From Candidatus Heimdallarchaeota archaeon (GTDB taxonomy: Archaea; Asgardarchaeota; Heimdallarchaeia; JABLTI01), in NCBI GenBank assembly GCA_018238155.1, contig JABCTZ010000033.1, positions 44,002 to 108,001 of the forward strand: 64,000 nt of DNA. Reading direction: 5' to 3'. The translations under genes and the position numbers were made by a program. The number at the start of each line of letters is the position of its first letter. The first letter of the stretch is position 1. Below, in pieces: positions 11,701-22,219 of this stretch. A model generated the notes under the pieces. The model did no database searches and was not told the origin of the DNA. It saw only the letters and a list, made by a program, of their open reading frames with translations.

Positions 11701-11946
11701 AATAATGAAAGGAATATTATCTCCTTTTTTCCTCAAATTTGATAAGAATTTTAATCCATTCATTTCTGGCAAAACATGTTCAGACAATACTGCATGATAT
11801 TTTTCTCCCTTTAATATCTCCAATGCTTGCTCTGCAGATGTGCAAGTACTAATTTGAAAATCTTTTGTAATTTCTAAGAGATTTTTCTCAGCTAATTTTA
11901 GAAATTTTTTATCTTTATCTACTAAGAGAATTTTAATATTAAACAA
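8719..11946 (-). CDS. REC plus multiple PAS/PAC domain protein without a kinase domain
   Basis: N-terminal REC with phosphoacceptor position Glu (AVLSEHVLP); about seven PAS/PAC repeats ending in DIT/DIS; short C-terminal helix lacking His. Confidence 0.85.
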   Translation of the reverse strand: MFNIKILLVDKDKKFLKLAEKNLLEITKDFQISTCTSAEQALEILKGEKYHAVLSEHVLPEMNGLKFLSNLRKKGDNIPFIIFTSESRENEVIKALNLGVNYYIKKDNSKDQFKILVKEIEKLIEKKESFEFLQTSNEKYQLIFSEAKNGIVLINAKTGQIMDGNKEFEKQTGRSIKDLRQLKIWDFRPPEKRELAKKKFIEISNLRRSGSSELDFLKPNGEKIQISFISNFITVDNIEYIQSMTTDITKMRNFQEELSRERNIRQKYLDIIDSMIVVVDINENIIFVNKKSCEILGYKENEILGKNWFNIFLSENIRGVTRNVFRKVLNEELIVESYENIVLTKNGEEKLISWKNSVLKNDNGKVIASLSSGSDITFRRKIHSELIESENKFRTLFEDIPIGVGIFDSFGRVIRVNKKMLEITGYTKETILEINVSITFYNPNDQKRLRKILLKNEVVVNFETKLLQKDGTVYDALLNINKFREKDEVFSLTFCQDITKFKQLEVEQISLLKVIEHIDDSILITDEKGEIIYVNPGFEKFTGYSYLDAVNQTPAIMRYIDEEFDEDYYANIVKTTFSGKTWKGRLKIKRKDGKIRIGDRIITPIKDNSGKFNRFIGITKDITNQVIHEKELADSQKHFRSMFEDASLLYQSLNKEGLILDVNEFWLKSLGYTEDEVLGKCFGDFLTPDFVVKFEEIFSKFIERGEIHDIHFDMVTKDGETLSVYFDGKIKYNDEVEMERLRYVFIEKKFPDDFKSKINDLLEKQTLLHESANLGTWDWDIETGDFIINKPYVEMLGYSLDEIEPNIESVRKLTHKDNSCVSDLILNLPKKDIMKLISVEHRAICKSGDIKWIQCIGKVVEHDKQGNPTRAIGLHLDITDKKTSLLKVVESEIRYRKIFEHINEVFFITNTDGTIIDLNPKGETLFGYSRVEILELNIADLYANPKDRIEFKKTIEKQGFLRNFELKMKRKDGTIIDVFVNGTVRRNQNAIIIGYIGIIRDISKNKELEENILNVQEQFDKQTSKLINDLQEKLDVILQTSSSLESESSDYIKEQVSIIISLIAEYRKSIGLKID

Positions 11947-12149
11947 TATATTCTCTCTCCATAAAGGAATATTTAACTATTTAAAGCAATATTGATTGTA
12001 TTAGTTTGTCTGTAATTGAAATAGCTTCTGATTAAATAAAAATCTTTTTACTCATTATTTCAGTTTATAAATGATATTCCAAAATTAAATTCTATTGAAA
12101 AAAATAGTTAAATATAGTAATTCGTAAATTCTATATATTTTTAGAATAA

Positions 12150-14285
12150 TTACATGTGTTCCTTTAGGAAATTTCTAATTGTCTCAGATTCTAACCATCT
12201 GTTATCTAATTGAACAGTAATCTCATCTATCATATTGATTTGTTTAATGATGTCTTCTGATGATTCATGAACAGAACTATCTATGATTCCGATTATTACA
12301 GCAAGAGGATTACGAATATTATCAACTAAAATGGCAAATTGCTCCAAATTTCGCTCAATCTGTTCATATGCTTGTGATTTTACTTGTTCCATTAAGGTTT
12401 TTTCTGTTATGTCATGAATGGAAATAACAGCTTGGTTAGTGTCAGGTATGATATCCGCAACAGCCCATACATTTCGAACCAAACCCTTTTGACCTACTAC
12501 TCGAAATTCTAACTCTCTTGGAAATGATTCAGGATGATTAGAAATCGCATTATTGATTTCTAACAAGAAATCGTAGTCATTTGGATGAATAAGAGATTTC
12601 CATCTAGTGCCTATTAAGTTATTTTTTTTAATCCCAACAAATTTTTCAAAAAGTGAATTACAAAGAACTACTCTTGCATTTGAATCAACAACCAGCATAT
12701 TAGTTCCTGTGTTTTCAAAAATCGTTCTGTATAATTTTTCAGAATCTTCAAGTGCTTTTTGAAATCGTTTTTTGTCGGAAATATCGCGTGTTATTGCAAT
12801 TAGTCCAATTGGTTCCTCGAAATCATTTAAAACAAAAGCGCTAGTAACTTCAGCAGGAAATGTTGAACCATTTTTTCTTATCAATTGATGTTCTTTTTTA
12901 CTTGAACCACTGATAAACTGTCGGATATCAATACGATTAAATACTCTCTTGAACTCCAAATCTGATATTAGTGAACTAATATTTTTACCAATGATTTCTT
13001 CACTAGTTTCATAACCATGCATTTTTAAAAACTGTTGATTTACTACAAGAATATCACCGTTAAGATCAGTATAAAGAATTGCATTTGGTGAAGTTTCAAA
13101 TAATTTACGGTATTTTTCTTCATTTTCACGTAAAAGCTTTTCCATATTTGTACTTTTGGTAATATCTGTTCCCGCACTAATTAGGGCTTCTTTTTCGCCT
13201 TGAGAATTTTTTATGAGTGTATGTTTCCAAGTGAAATATTTGGTGATCCCATTAACTCCTTTAACAGCATTTTCTTTAAAAGATAGCTCTTCAGCGCTAC
13301 CATTAAAAATATCTTGGAAATCTTTTCTAATTCTCTTCCTTCGATTTTTATTTCTTATTAGATCAATCCAATTTACACCAATCATCTCATCTGAAGTATA
13401 TCCAAAAAATTTTGCCAGTTTATTATTAATTAGTGCTATAGTTTCGTCCTTATTTATAATAACAAAGTAAGAATCTGCAGAATTCATATACAAATCCATC
13501 AAATAATGGCTTCTTTTAATCTCGTCTCCCAGTAATACCTCACCAGATATATCTTTGATACTTCCATTTATTTTAAGCAGAATATTATCCTCAGTAAAAG
13601 TTGCTTTGGTATTTAATTCAACCCAAATAATTTCGCCATCTTTTCTGATTAATTGTTTTTTGCCACTTGCGAATGGAGAATCTGATATAAAAGTTAAAAG
13701 GTTTTTGAAAGGAAATTCATTTTTCAAAAGGTAGTCTTGAATTTTAGTGTATATTAATTCGTCTTCGTTTTCAAAACCTAAAATTTGAGCAAACATCTTA
13801 TTGCAAGATAATATTATTCCTTTAAAATCGGTTTGATAAATTCCAATTGGAACATTATCTAACAATTGTTGATACTCTCTTCTTGTGAAATCTAATTCTT
13901 TACGTTCTAAAGCTCTATTATATGCATATCTAAAAGCAAAATGTAGTTGTTCAATCATTTTATCATTTAATCGATTAATTATTCCATCAGCAATATTCTC
14001 TTGTCCTTTAACCATTATATCAACATCTTTAACACTGAAAACGATTCTACCAATAAACGGATAATTTTCACCGAGTTCTTTAAGTAATTTACATGAATTT
14101 GTCCATTTTAAATCAAAATTGACTAAAATAATTTGAGAATCAATTTTTTGTTTAATCGAATCTAATTCCTTCTTCGTCTTCAGTAAAGAAATATCTAAAT
14201 CATCAATTGAATTCCTTAGTATACTTAATAAAACTTTTTTGACTTTATTATCATTATCAATCAACAATATTTTAGATATTTGCAT
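12150..14285 (-). CDS. Degenerate REC plus four PAS domains plus a truncated HisKA-like helix
   Basis: PAS motifs; C-terminal FAILVDNIRNPLAVI lacks His; no HATPase domain. Confidence 0.85.
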   Translation of the reverse strand: MQISKILLIDNDNKVKKVLLSILRNSIDDLDISLLKTKKELDSIKQKIDSQIILVNFDLKWTNSCKLLKELGENYPFIGRIVFSVKDVDIMVKGQENIADGIINRLNDKMIEQLHFAFRYAYNRALERKELDFTRREYQQLLDNVPIGIYQTDFKGIILSCNKMFAQILGFENEDELIYTKIQDYLLKNEFPFKNLLTFISDSPFASGKKQLIRKDGEIIWVELNTKATFTEDNILLKINGSIKDISGEVLLGDEIKRSHYLMDLYMNSADSYFVIINKDETIALINNKLAKFFGYTSDEMIGVNWIDLIRNKNRRKRIRKDFQDIFNGSAEELSFKENAVKGVNGITKYFTWKHTLIKNSQGEKEALISAGTDITKSTNMEKLLRENEEKYRKLFETSPNAILYTDLNGDILVVNQQFLKMHGYETSEEIIGKNISSLISDLEFKRVFNRIDIRQFISGSSKKEHQLIRKNGSTFPAEVTSAFVLNDFEEPIGLIAITRDISDKKRFQKALEDSEKLYRTIFENTGTNMLVVDSNARVVLCNSLFEKFVGIKKNNLIGTRWKSLIHPNDYDFLLEINNAISNHPESFPRELEFRVVGQKGLVRNVWAVADIIPDTNQAVISIHDITEKTLMEQVKSQAYEQIERNLEQFAILVDNIRNPLAVIIGIIDSSVHESSEDIIKQINMIDEITVQLDNRWLESETIRNFLKEHM

Positions 14286-14616
14286 TTCAAATTACCCTGC
14301 CCTTTGTTAATATATGTGATGAAGTGTAGAATTAATGTTATGATTTCTACTGGGAATAAACAAATTGAATATGTTGGTTCTTTAAATTTGCAGTATGGGC
14401 AAAGTACGCTAAACTTGAAGCCAATTTAAAAATACTAGAGATGAAATCCTTGAAAAGATACTTTGAGTTATCACCAAAAGAAAGAGATAATAAGCACAAC
14501 TGTAAAGATAATTATTGAGCTAATACTCTCTAAATTTTTCAAAAAATAATTGATTACAATAATGCTTTATTAAACAATGAAATTTGTTATTGTTATCATT
14601 GAATCTATGTATACTT

Positions 14617-15020
14617 CTATAAAAAATAACGAACGTTTTGTGATTCCAAATCAAGTTCTAAGATAATATTATCAATCAATTTAACCTTTTTAACGATTTT
14701 ATCATTTACATCACTTGAAAAAACATTAACAAAACCGACAATTACTGCTAGAGGATTGCATTTATTATCTACCAATATCTCGAATTGTTCCATATTTCTT
14801 TCAAGTTGCTCATATACTTGATTTCCAACCTCTTCGAAATTCTTTCTCACAGTTATATTTTGTTTAGGAGCTACTGTTCTTATTACTCCAAGCTAAAATT
14901 AACAACGGCAAAAATAGTTCTTACGTCTCCATCCTTTCTTTTCAAAAATAATCGCACTTTCTCGTTTAGTTTTTTTAGTAGCGATGATTCTTTTATAATT
15001 CTAGCAAGTATATTACGATC
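14617..15020 (-). pseudogene. Decayed C-terminal fragment of a paralog of the 12150..14285 PAS protein
   Basis: YEQLERNMEQFEILVDNKCNPLAVIVG matches YEQIERNLEQFAILVDNIRNPLAVIIG; upstream PAC remnant LKRKDGDVR. Confidence 0.8.
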
Positions 15021-15349
15021 CTGATATTAAAAATTTAAACAAATGGTATTTACTTAACTATTGACAGATTGAAATACCTCAAGATATTTTATCTTAACCA
15101 GACACGATAAGTTTCAATTTGGCATTTTCTTATTAGTTTTCCCTTCCTACAAAAGTGAGAAAATAATAGTTGATTTTATACGAAAAACGTCTTTTGAAAT
15201 ATATTGGCAAAAAGAATGAATCTTAAATAGAAACTAACAATATTAGCCTAAACAATAATTTCAGTAACTTATAAAAACTATTTAGAGTGATATTATTAGC
15301 ATTTGCAGAAAACAAAACTAATATATCTTAAAAAACCGTCAATTATTCT

Positions 15350-16480
15350 TTGTGGAAGGATTTAACATTGAGTAGCAAATTACAAATTATCATTATTAAT
15401 GATAATAAGTTGAATCGTGACTTCTTATGGAATTTATTAACAAAAAATGGGTTTGAAACTATTCTCGCATCAAATGGTAAAATAGCTTTGAATCTAATTA
15501 AGAAAAATCGACCTCATCTTGCTTTTATTAATCTTTTACTACAAGATATTTCTGTTATTGACATTTTGGACAAAATAAAGATTCTCTCACCAATCACCGA
15601 ATGTATTATTATGACTGACTTTGCTAATTATGAGGTTCTTAAACAGGTAATAAATACAAACACAGCATCAGGATTTTTAGAAATACCAGTAGATGAGATT
15701 AAACTAATTAAATTAGTAAATAACATTTTGAATCGAAAAAAAATTCTATTAGAAACACAGCAAACATTAGATGATTTATTTGAATCATACAATCAAATTG
15801 AGTTTTTTCTAACAATACTTACCAATGACTATGAAAATTATACTGAAGCATTGAATATAGCTATTAATTTACTTCATCCCTCTGAACTTTCTGAACCTCA
15901 AGAGGCGAGTTTGAAAATTCTAAAAGATTTGTCCCTCAATAATACGCGACTTATTGAACGATTTAAGAACATACAAGCATTAGGAGATTCTCAACCAGCT
16001 AATTTTAAAAAAATTGATGTTGTAGAAGTAATAAGTAAAATTATTGATGATATAAGAAGTAAGAATCCAAATTGTAAACTAACAATATCAAAAAAACTAA
16101 TACTTGAGAAATATTTTGTAAAAGCAACTTCTGATAAACTACTAACACTTTTCACTGAAGTGTTCTATTCATTGAGCTTGCCAATGACAAATTTTTGTAA
16201 AAGTATCAAAATTCTATTTCGAGAATCTAAAATACTCGTAAATTCTGAAGGTAAAAACATTGACTCTATTGAAGTAGATATACATTCATCATTGGATAGT
16301 GCTGTAATGAATGATGATAACTCAATTGTAGATATAACTCACCAACAATATGGATTTGGGTTCATTTTAGTAAAAGGCTTGGTTGATATTTTTGGTGGTC
16401 AAATATTTATAGAAGATTCAAAGGTAGATAATGAAACAATAACAAAAATGACCATTGTATTACCATCTTATCAAAAATAA
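15350..16480 (+). CDS. Degenerate hybrid kinase (pseudo-REC plus HisKA/HATPase-like)
   Basis: REC with Asn at the phosphoacceptor position (LAFINLLL); H-box reads ILTNDYEN; residual G2 YGFGFILVKGLVDIFGGQI. Confidence 0.75.
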   Translation: MWKDLTLSSKLQIIIINDNKLNRDFLWNLLTKNGFETILASNGKIALNLIKKNRPHLAFINLLLQDISVIDILDKIKILSPITECIIMTDFANYEVLKQVINTNTASGFLEIPVDEIKLIKLVNNILNRKKILLETQQTLDDLFESYNQIEFFLTILTNDYENYTEALNIAINLLHPSELSEPQEASLKILKDLSLNNTRLIERFKNIQALGDSQPANFKKIDVVEVISKIIDDIRSKNPNCKLTISKKLILEKYFVKATSDKLLTLFTEVFYSLSLPMTNFCKSIKILFRESKILVNSEGKNIDSIEVDIHSSLDSAVMNDDNSIVDITHQQYGFGFILVKGLVDIFGGQIFIEDSKVDNETITKMTIVLPSYQK

Positions 16481-16518
16481 GAAAATCTTTAGAATTATAG
16501 CATTTAAAAAAATAAACA

Positions 16519-17457
16519 CTAAGCTCCAAAACTTTCTTTGATAACCCATTTAAGTTGATCTGGTTTTAGTTCTCCATCTTTGTCCAAGACAGAAACAACA
16601 TTAAGAATACTTTGTCCTGTAATTCTAACAGAATTGTAATCTGCTTCTTTTTCTGTTATAATTAAGCAGAGAAAACCTTCTTGAGCAAAAACATAAACAT
16701 CCAAATTATCTTGTTCATAATATTGCATTGTTGATTGGTTCTTATTGAGTAATTTTTTATTATAATCAATTATATCAATAATGCTTTTCTGTTTATGAAA
16801 ATCTTTGACAGTATCTGTAAAAGGTAATTCCAATATCACTGAATTCTTTTCAACTGAGTAAATTAATACGCCTTTAATTTTCGACTTCTTTGTAGAACCT
16901 ACTACTTTACCAAACAACCATTCCATTGATTCTTCAACATTTTCTCCTGTCTTTGCAGATATTTCAAAAATCCGGAATGAATGTTGTATATGTTCATCTT
17001 GACTAAATTTTTCTAAATTGAAGATATTAATAATTTCTTCAAGTGACATTGCAGATCCTTTTTTCGAATCTCTCAAATCAATTTTGTTTGCGCAAAAAAT
17101 AATTGGTGCATCTTCTCTTAACCATTCAACAACTTTCCAAAACCAATCAACTGCTTCTTTTACTCTCAACCTATCAGCAATATCAAAAACAAAAATCACC
17201 CCTTGAGCCATTTGAGCATAAGTTCTCCAGATAGTGATTCTAAATGATTGTTGTCCTCCGAGATCAATCATATTAAATTTCTCTCCTTGAATTTCAACAT
17301 GTTCAATATCAAGCCCAATTGTTGCTGTTGTTTTCCCCGTAACTCCTCTGGTCCACTGATCAACTAAAGTTGTTTTTCCCGCATAATCTAAACCCATTAG
17401 TACAACAGAGCGACCTTTTGAGAGCCAACCGATTGGTTTTCTTTTCATCATAATCAC
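16519..17457 (-). CDS. Arf-family small GTPase fused to a C-terminal longin/roadblock-like domain
   Basis: G1 GLDYAGKTT, G3 DLGGQ, G4 NKID, G5 SAK; about 120 aa alpha/beta C-terminal extension. Confidence 0.88.
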   Translation of the reverse strand: MIMMKRKPIGWLSKGRSVVLMGLDYAGKTTLVDQWTRGVTGKTTATIGLDIEHVEIQGEKFNMIDLGGQQSFRITIWRTYAQMAQGVIFVFDIADRLRVKEAVDWFWKVVEWLREDAPIIFCANKIDLRDSKKGSAMSLEEIINIFNLEKFSQDEHIQHSFRIFEISAKTGENVEESMEWLFGKVVGSTKKSKIKGVLIYSVEKNSVILELPFTDTVKDFHKQKSIIDIIDYNKKLLNKNQSTMQYYEQDNLDVYVFAQEGFLCLIITEKEADYNSVRITGQSILNVVSVLDKDGELKPDQLKWVIKESFGA

Positions 17458-17691
17458 ATAATAGTGTGTTTGTCAGTTTAAAAGATAAATTATTGAGGCA
17501 AACAATATTAAAAATATTCTTAACATGTACAAAAGATATTCGAATAAAATTTATGTATTAGTGGATAATGTGATTATACATGATTAAAATTTCAATTCCA
17601 TAGAAATCGTTTCCAAAAGAGTTTATTGTAACAATGAAGTTTGATATGAGATGTTTATCCATCATTTTCTCATATTCTTATTTTTTTCATA

Positions 17692-17894
17692 CTATTACAA
17701 CATATCAAATATCAGCAATAACTTACTGGACTAAAATATGAAAACAATGACGATAATTCTAAATAATACATTTTTATATACAAGTATTACTCTTATCATT
17801 TATTGCACTATAATGGGTTTGAGTGATTTTCTAAAAGGTTTATTCAATGAAGAAAATAAGAATAGAACTTATTTCGCAATACTATTTTCTGTAA
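17692..17894 (+). repeat. Direct repeat copy 2
   Basis: Matches 4095-4296. Confidence 0.9.
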
Positions 17895-18774
17895 TTAATT
17901 TAATATTGCTTATCGTAAGCACTCATCTTGAATTCAATTTATAGTTCAGCATTTAATAAAAAATTGGAGTTGCTTTCAATCCTCAATTTATTATGGGCGG
18001 CAATAGGAGATGCACTTGTTCTGTTATTTGCTTGGGGAAGATTCAATCATCTGCCAGACATAAGAAAGGATGTAGTAAATACAGAGCTCTCTTTGCGAGA
18101 ATCTAAAGAAGATTTCATGAGATATATTAACAAATATGTCATAAATAATGATTAGGAATATACTAGGTTACAACAAAAAAACAAAACAATGAATATCGTC
18201 ATCATTATTGTAACTATTATTCAAGTAGTAGCGTATATACCAGTTGTTTATTTCTATCCACAAATTAACATCCTTTTGGATAGTTATCTAAAGGCAACTT
18301 CTCTCAAATTCAATGATATCCTACTTATTATGGCAATTGCTGATTTCAGCATTTTACATGTAATAATCATTCGTAAATTCGAAAAGGTAGGACAGAAAAT
18401 GTGGCAGAGGTTGAGTGTTTTATTCCCAAAGTATAAAGCTTTTCTAAAAGTTGAAATGGATATTCAGTCAATCAATCTTGGTACTCGTGAAAAACCCGGG
18501 AAAGGCATAGTATTTATTAATGAATTGAAACTTGATCCAGCACATTTCAGAAACACTAGTTTATCTACACAAGATGAACTTTACATTTTGCATGAATTGG
18601 CAAAATTCCACATTCATCACAATCAAAATTATAATTCTCTATTCATTGATAATCTCCTTATCAATTCTATTTTCATGTTTCTTGTTCGATTTAGAAGGAA
18701 TTTACTTTGAAGTGTTCGTTGCAATTTTTCTTCTTTTTTTGGCTGGGGTCAGTATTTTATTATCTAATAAATAA
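17813..18774 (+). pseudogene. Frameshifted membrane protein, possibly a metallopeptidase-like remnant
   Basis: Consecutive hydrophobic ORF pieces in shifting frames; ILHELAKFH resembles a degenerate HExxH. Confidence 0.5.
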
Positions 18775-19027
18775 AAATACGTCAAGTTAGCCAAAGGAGT
18801 ATTGGGTTTTAGTAATTCCTTCAGAATAATAGAAGAAAGAAGTTCAACAGATAACTCATTTAATGAATTTGATTGACTTTCTGAAATCAATTTTAAAACT
18901 CCCTCTTCTCCCACAGAAAAAATAATAGAATTGGAATTACTAAAGAATATTCTAGTAAAACCTGGATTTTATTCAAAAGAAATTAATATGAAGTCACTTT
19001 AAAATAAGTACTAAGGAGAACTGAAAC

Positions 19028-19405
19028 TTGCATAAAGAAGAAGTAGAATTACTATTGAAGAGGAGTAGAAATTTTCTCGAAAGTGCAGAACAAAGAATCA
19101 AAAAGGATGATTGGGATTTAACTTGCTTTCTGGCAGAACAATCAGTCCAACTTTATCTGAAAGCGATTATCCTTGAAGAAGCAGGACAAACACCTAGAAC
19201 ACATTCAATAAGGCAATTACTCGCACAGCTCGGACAAATAATTGAAAAAGAGATTAAATATGATCGCAATAGTCTTTTTATGCTCGAGAGTGCTTATTTT
19301 AATGCACGATATATTGCAGTCACTTATGATGAAGAGCAAGCAAAAGACGCAATTAAGATAGCTAAGGAATTAATTACTCATGTTGAAAATATTCGAAATA
19401 GGTAA
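19028..19405 (+). CDS. HEPN domain protein (HEPN-MNT TA module 1)
   Basis: TCFLAEQSVQLYLKA, PRTHSIRQL, YFNARY. Confidence 0.88.
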   Translation: MHKEEVELLLKRSRNFLESAEQRIKKDDWDLTCFLAEQSVQLYLKAIILEEAGQTPRTHSIRQLLAQLGQIIEKEIKYDRNSLFMLESAYFNARYIAVTYDEEQAKDAIKIAKELITHVENIRNR

Positions 19406-19724
19406 AGCAAGATACAAAATAATTAAAAAATACAAGCAGTATCTTGAACCAATTAAAAAGGCTTGCCTTGAATTTTTTCCTAAATCGAAAGTTTATCTTT
19501 TCGGTAGTGCCCTTAGAGGAGAGCTTGTAGCTGCTAGTGATATCGATATTTTAATTGTTGTAAAAAAAGAGTTTACAAATCAAAGGGAAAGAGCAACAAT
19601 AATCATTGGTATTGAAGATAAAGTTAGTTTACCATTTGTTCATCCATTTGAATTTCATTTAATATCACAAAGAGAATATGTGAAATTTATTAACATCACA
19701 AATACTCAATTAGAAGAAATCTAA
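19380..19724 (+). CDS. MNT nucleotidyltransferase (TA module 1)
   Basis: LFGSALRGELVAASDIDIL (GSx10DxD); overlaps the HEPN gene. Confidence 0.88.
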   Translation: MLKIFEIGKARYKIIKKYKQYLEPIKKACLEFFPKSKVYLFGSALRGELVAASDIDILIVVKKEFTNQRERATIIIGIEDKVSLPFVHPFEFHLISQREYVKFINITNTQLEEI

Positions 19725-19910
19725 TTTCTTCATTCAAATCGAAGAAGAAGGAATATAAACGAATTTTTTACTTCATTTTGGTTTTGTTATAACAACTAGA
19801 TGATTAATATATCATTTAGAATCAACAATAAGTGAACTTTTGAAAAACGAGAAGAGTTTGTTGAAGGATTGATAAAACACAAAAAAAGAAGAAGAAAGGT
19901 TGTTTTTGCT

Positions 19911-21836
19911 TTACCAACCTACTTTTCGTTTCTGCAAAGATTGAGCGAAACCTGCTAAGTCTTTCATACTGGGAGCACTTGTTGTAGCATTCGCAGAATA
20001 AGTTTCAACCCTATTTTGTTTTAATGAAAACAATAAGCCTTCGAGTTTAATTGCGCCAAGGCGATCTAATAAAGTGCTTTCTTTTCCATCTACTAACTTA
20101 TCATAGGAGCTATCTATATTCTTGTGCTCTTCTTTAATTACTTTAGCTAACAATTTGTAGCCCTTTTCTTCTGAAATTTGTTGTGCTTTCTCAAATAATT
20201 TCTTAGCAACAGTTAAATCAGGTTTTAGTAATGCTAATTTTCCTCTGAGCAAATAAGTTTTAGCAAGTAATGAAAAAGCATTTTGTGCTTCACCAATATC
20301 CACCAGCTTCTTTGTAAGCAAATCTAGTTCATCGAGAATATTTTCATTGCCCAATATCCTCATTTCAATGATTAATAATTCACATAAATTGAAAATGCCC
20401 TCAACGATTCGTTCATAATCGATAACTTCACCTTCAATAATTTCACTGATTAAATCTTTAGCTTTAACAAATCGTCCCAAAGTAGTATGTAAAGATTCAA
20501 ATGATAATTCATCAGAAGTATTTTGTTCTGTTTGTAAAACAAATGCTTGTGCTAATTTATTACACATAATGACATATTTATTTTCTTCTTTCTTAGCGAT
20601 ATCATCTAGCTTGACCAAGTTTTCCTTGGCTTGTTTCATTGAATTAATTTCTAATGAGACCCTTATTAACTGGTAAAGACCTTGACTTGTTGTAATATTA
20701 TTATTGTTTTTCTCTGAATACTTGACACTTTTTTCATAGAATTGTTTTGCTTTTCCAAAGTCCATTTTAGTGAAATAAACTTCCCCTAAGGCCATGAATA
20801 CCTGTCCAAGTTTTTGAGGATTATCAAAGCCTTCAAAAATTTTCTTAGCTTTATTTATGTTTTCAAGAGAGGAATCTAATTCACCTTTTCTCTGGTAGTA
20901 TTTTCCAAAATTAATGTACATCATACCAGTTAACATCTCGTTTTTCAATTCTATATAATATGGTAAAGCTTTTTGGTAATATTCAAAAGAAAGATCAAGT
21001 TCACCTTTTTGATGGTAAAGATAACCTATATTATTTAATTGTTTGACAATGTTTTCTTTGTTATCAGTTTTTAAAATTAATTCAAGACCCTTTGTGAAAA
21101 ATTCGAGTGCTCGATCTAGGTCCCCATTCGTTGCATAGACTATTCCTGTATTATGTAAGACATTGCTGTGAGCAATAACATTGCCTGTTTTTTCCCATAC
21201 TTGTATCGTTTTGTTAAAACACTTCAATGCTTCAGCAGTGTTTCCTGAGAAGTTGTAAGTATTGCCTAGATGATTATATACACTACCGATTAAAGAATCT
21301 TCATTGAGAGTTTTAGCAATTTCTAGTCCATCCAAGAGAATTTTAATTGCTTGTTTAAGTTTTCCTTCTTTTTCAGCTAAACGCCTTCCTTTTATTAAAG
21401 AAATTCTTACTTGAATCTGAGCTTTTTGTGTCGTATTTAATTTTCGCTCAATTACTAATGCTTTTTCTAAGGAGCTTAATTGTTTAAAGCCATCTTTACT
21501 TGAGCTTGAGCCAAGTTTCATTGAAGTTTGTAATATTTTAGCATTATAATAGTGGTAAATCAGACCTGCGGCTTTACTTTGTGAAATAATCGACTTGGCG
21601 ATATCTATATTATCTTTATTACGACCTCTCATACTATTAATTTTAGTTAATAATAATAAAAGGTCAAGTTTTTTTTCAATGTTAAAATTAAATGTTTTCA
21701 AATTCGATTCAGTGTACTCTTGTGCTTCAACAAGAAGACCTCTTCTTAACAAATCATTACTTTTATCTAAAATGTTCTGTTCTGTAATCAAAACCAATAC
21801 CAACAGTATTTTTATCGGATTTTTATCTCTAAACAA
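19911..21836 (-). CDS. TPR protein, paralog A of a four-member family (likely start 21791)
   Basis: Canonical TPRs (LNNIGYLYHQKGELDLSFEYYQKAL); conserved tail SAPSMKDLAGFAQSLQKRKVGW. Confidence 0.9.
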   Translation of the reverse strand: MFRDKNPIKILLVLVLITEQNILDKSNDLLRRGLLVEAQEYTESNLKTFNFNIEKKLDLLLLLTKINSMRGRNKDNIDIAKSIISQSKAAGLIYHYYNAKILQTSMKLGSSSSKDGFKQLSSLEKALVIERKLNTTQKAQIQVRISLIKGRRLAEKEGKLKQAIKILLDGLEIAKTLNEDSLIGSVYNHLGNTYNFSGNTAEALKCFNKTIQVWEKTGNVIAHSNVLHNTGIVYATNGDLDRALEFFTKGLELILKTDNKENIVKQLNNIGYLYHQKGELDLSFEYYQKALPYYIELKNEMLTGMMYINFGKYYQRKGELDSSLENINKAKKIFEGFDNPQKLGQVFMALGEVYFTKMDFGKAKQFYEKSVKYSEKNNNNITTSQGLYQLIRVSLEINSMKQAKENLVKLDDIAKKEENKYVIMCNKLAQAFVLQTEQNTSDELSFESLHTTLGRFVKAKDLISEIIEGEVIDYERIVEGIFNLCELLIIEMRILGNENILDELDLLTKKLVDIGEAQNAFSLLAKTYLLRGKLALLKPDLTVAKKLFEKAQQISEEKGYKLLAKVIKEEHKNIDSSYDKLVDGKESTLLDRLGAIKLEGLLFSLKQNRVETYSANATTSAPSMKDLAGFAQSLQKRKVGW

Positions 21837-22219
21837 AATAGCTGTCTTTCTATTTAAAGAAATTTAATGAGGATAATCTGTAGAGAAATTGATTTCTTAG
21901 TTTTTCACTTAATTTTCGCAAAATAATAAGAAGAAATGACAGAGATTTTGTCGAATTAACGTATAAAAAATAAAAGAAATTTTAGTCATAGAGCAAATTT
22001 AAAAGTAGCTTTGTAAATAATAGCTGCTTTTATGTTATTCTCAATAAAAAATCCAATTATCACTATTAGACAATTTTTCTAATTCCTCGTTCATTTCTTT
22101 AATTAGTAATTTTTGGTTTGAAATGTTAAATTGTACTTGATTAACAACGTTTTCCGGAGCATTTTCTAAGAGATCTTTTGTGGGCTTTTTCATCAATTTT
22201 TGGAGTGAATCCTCAAGCA

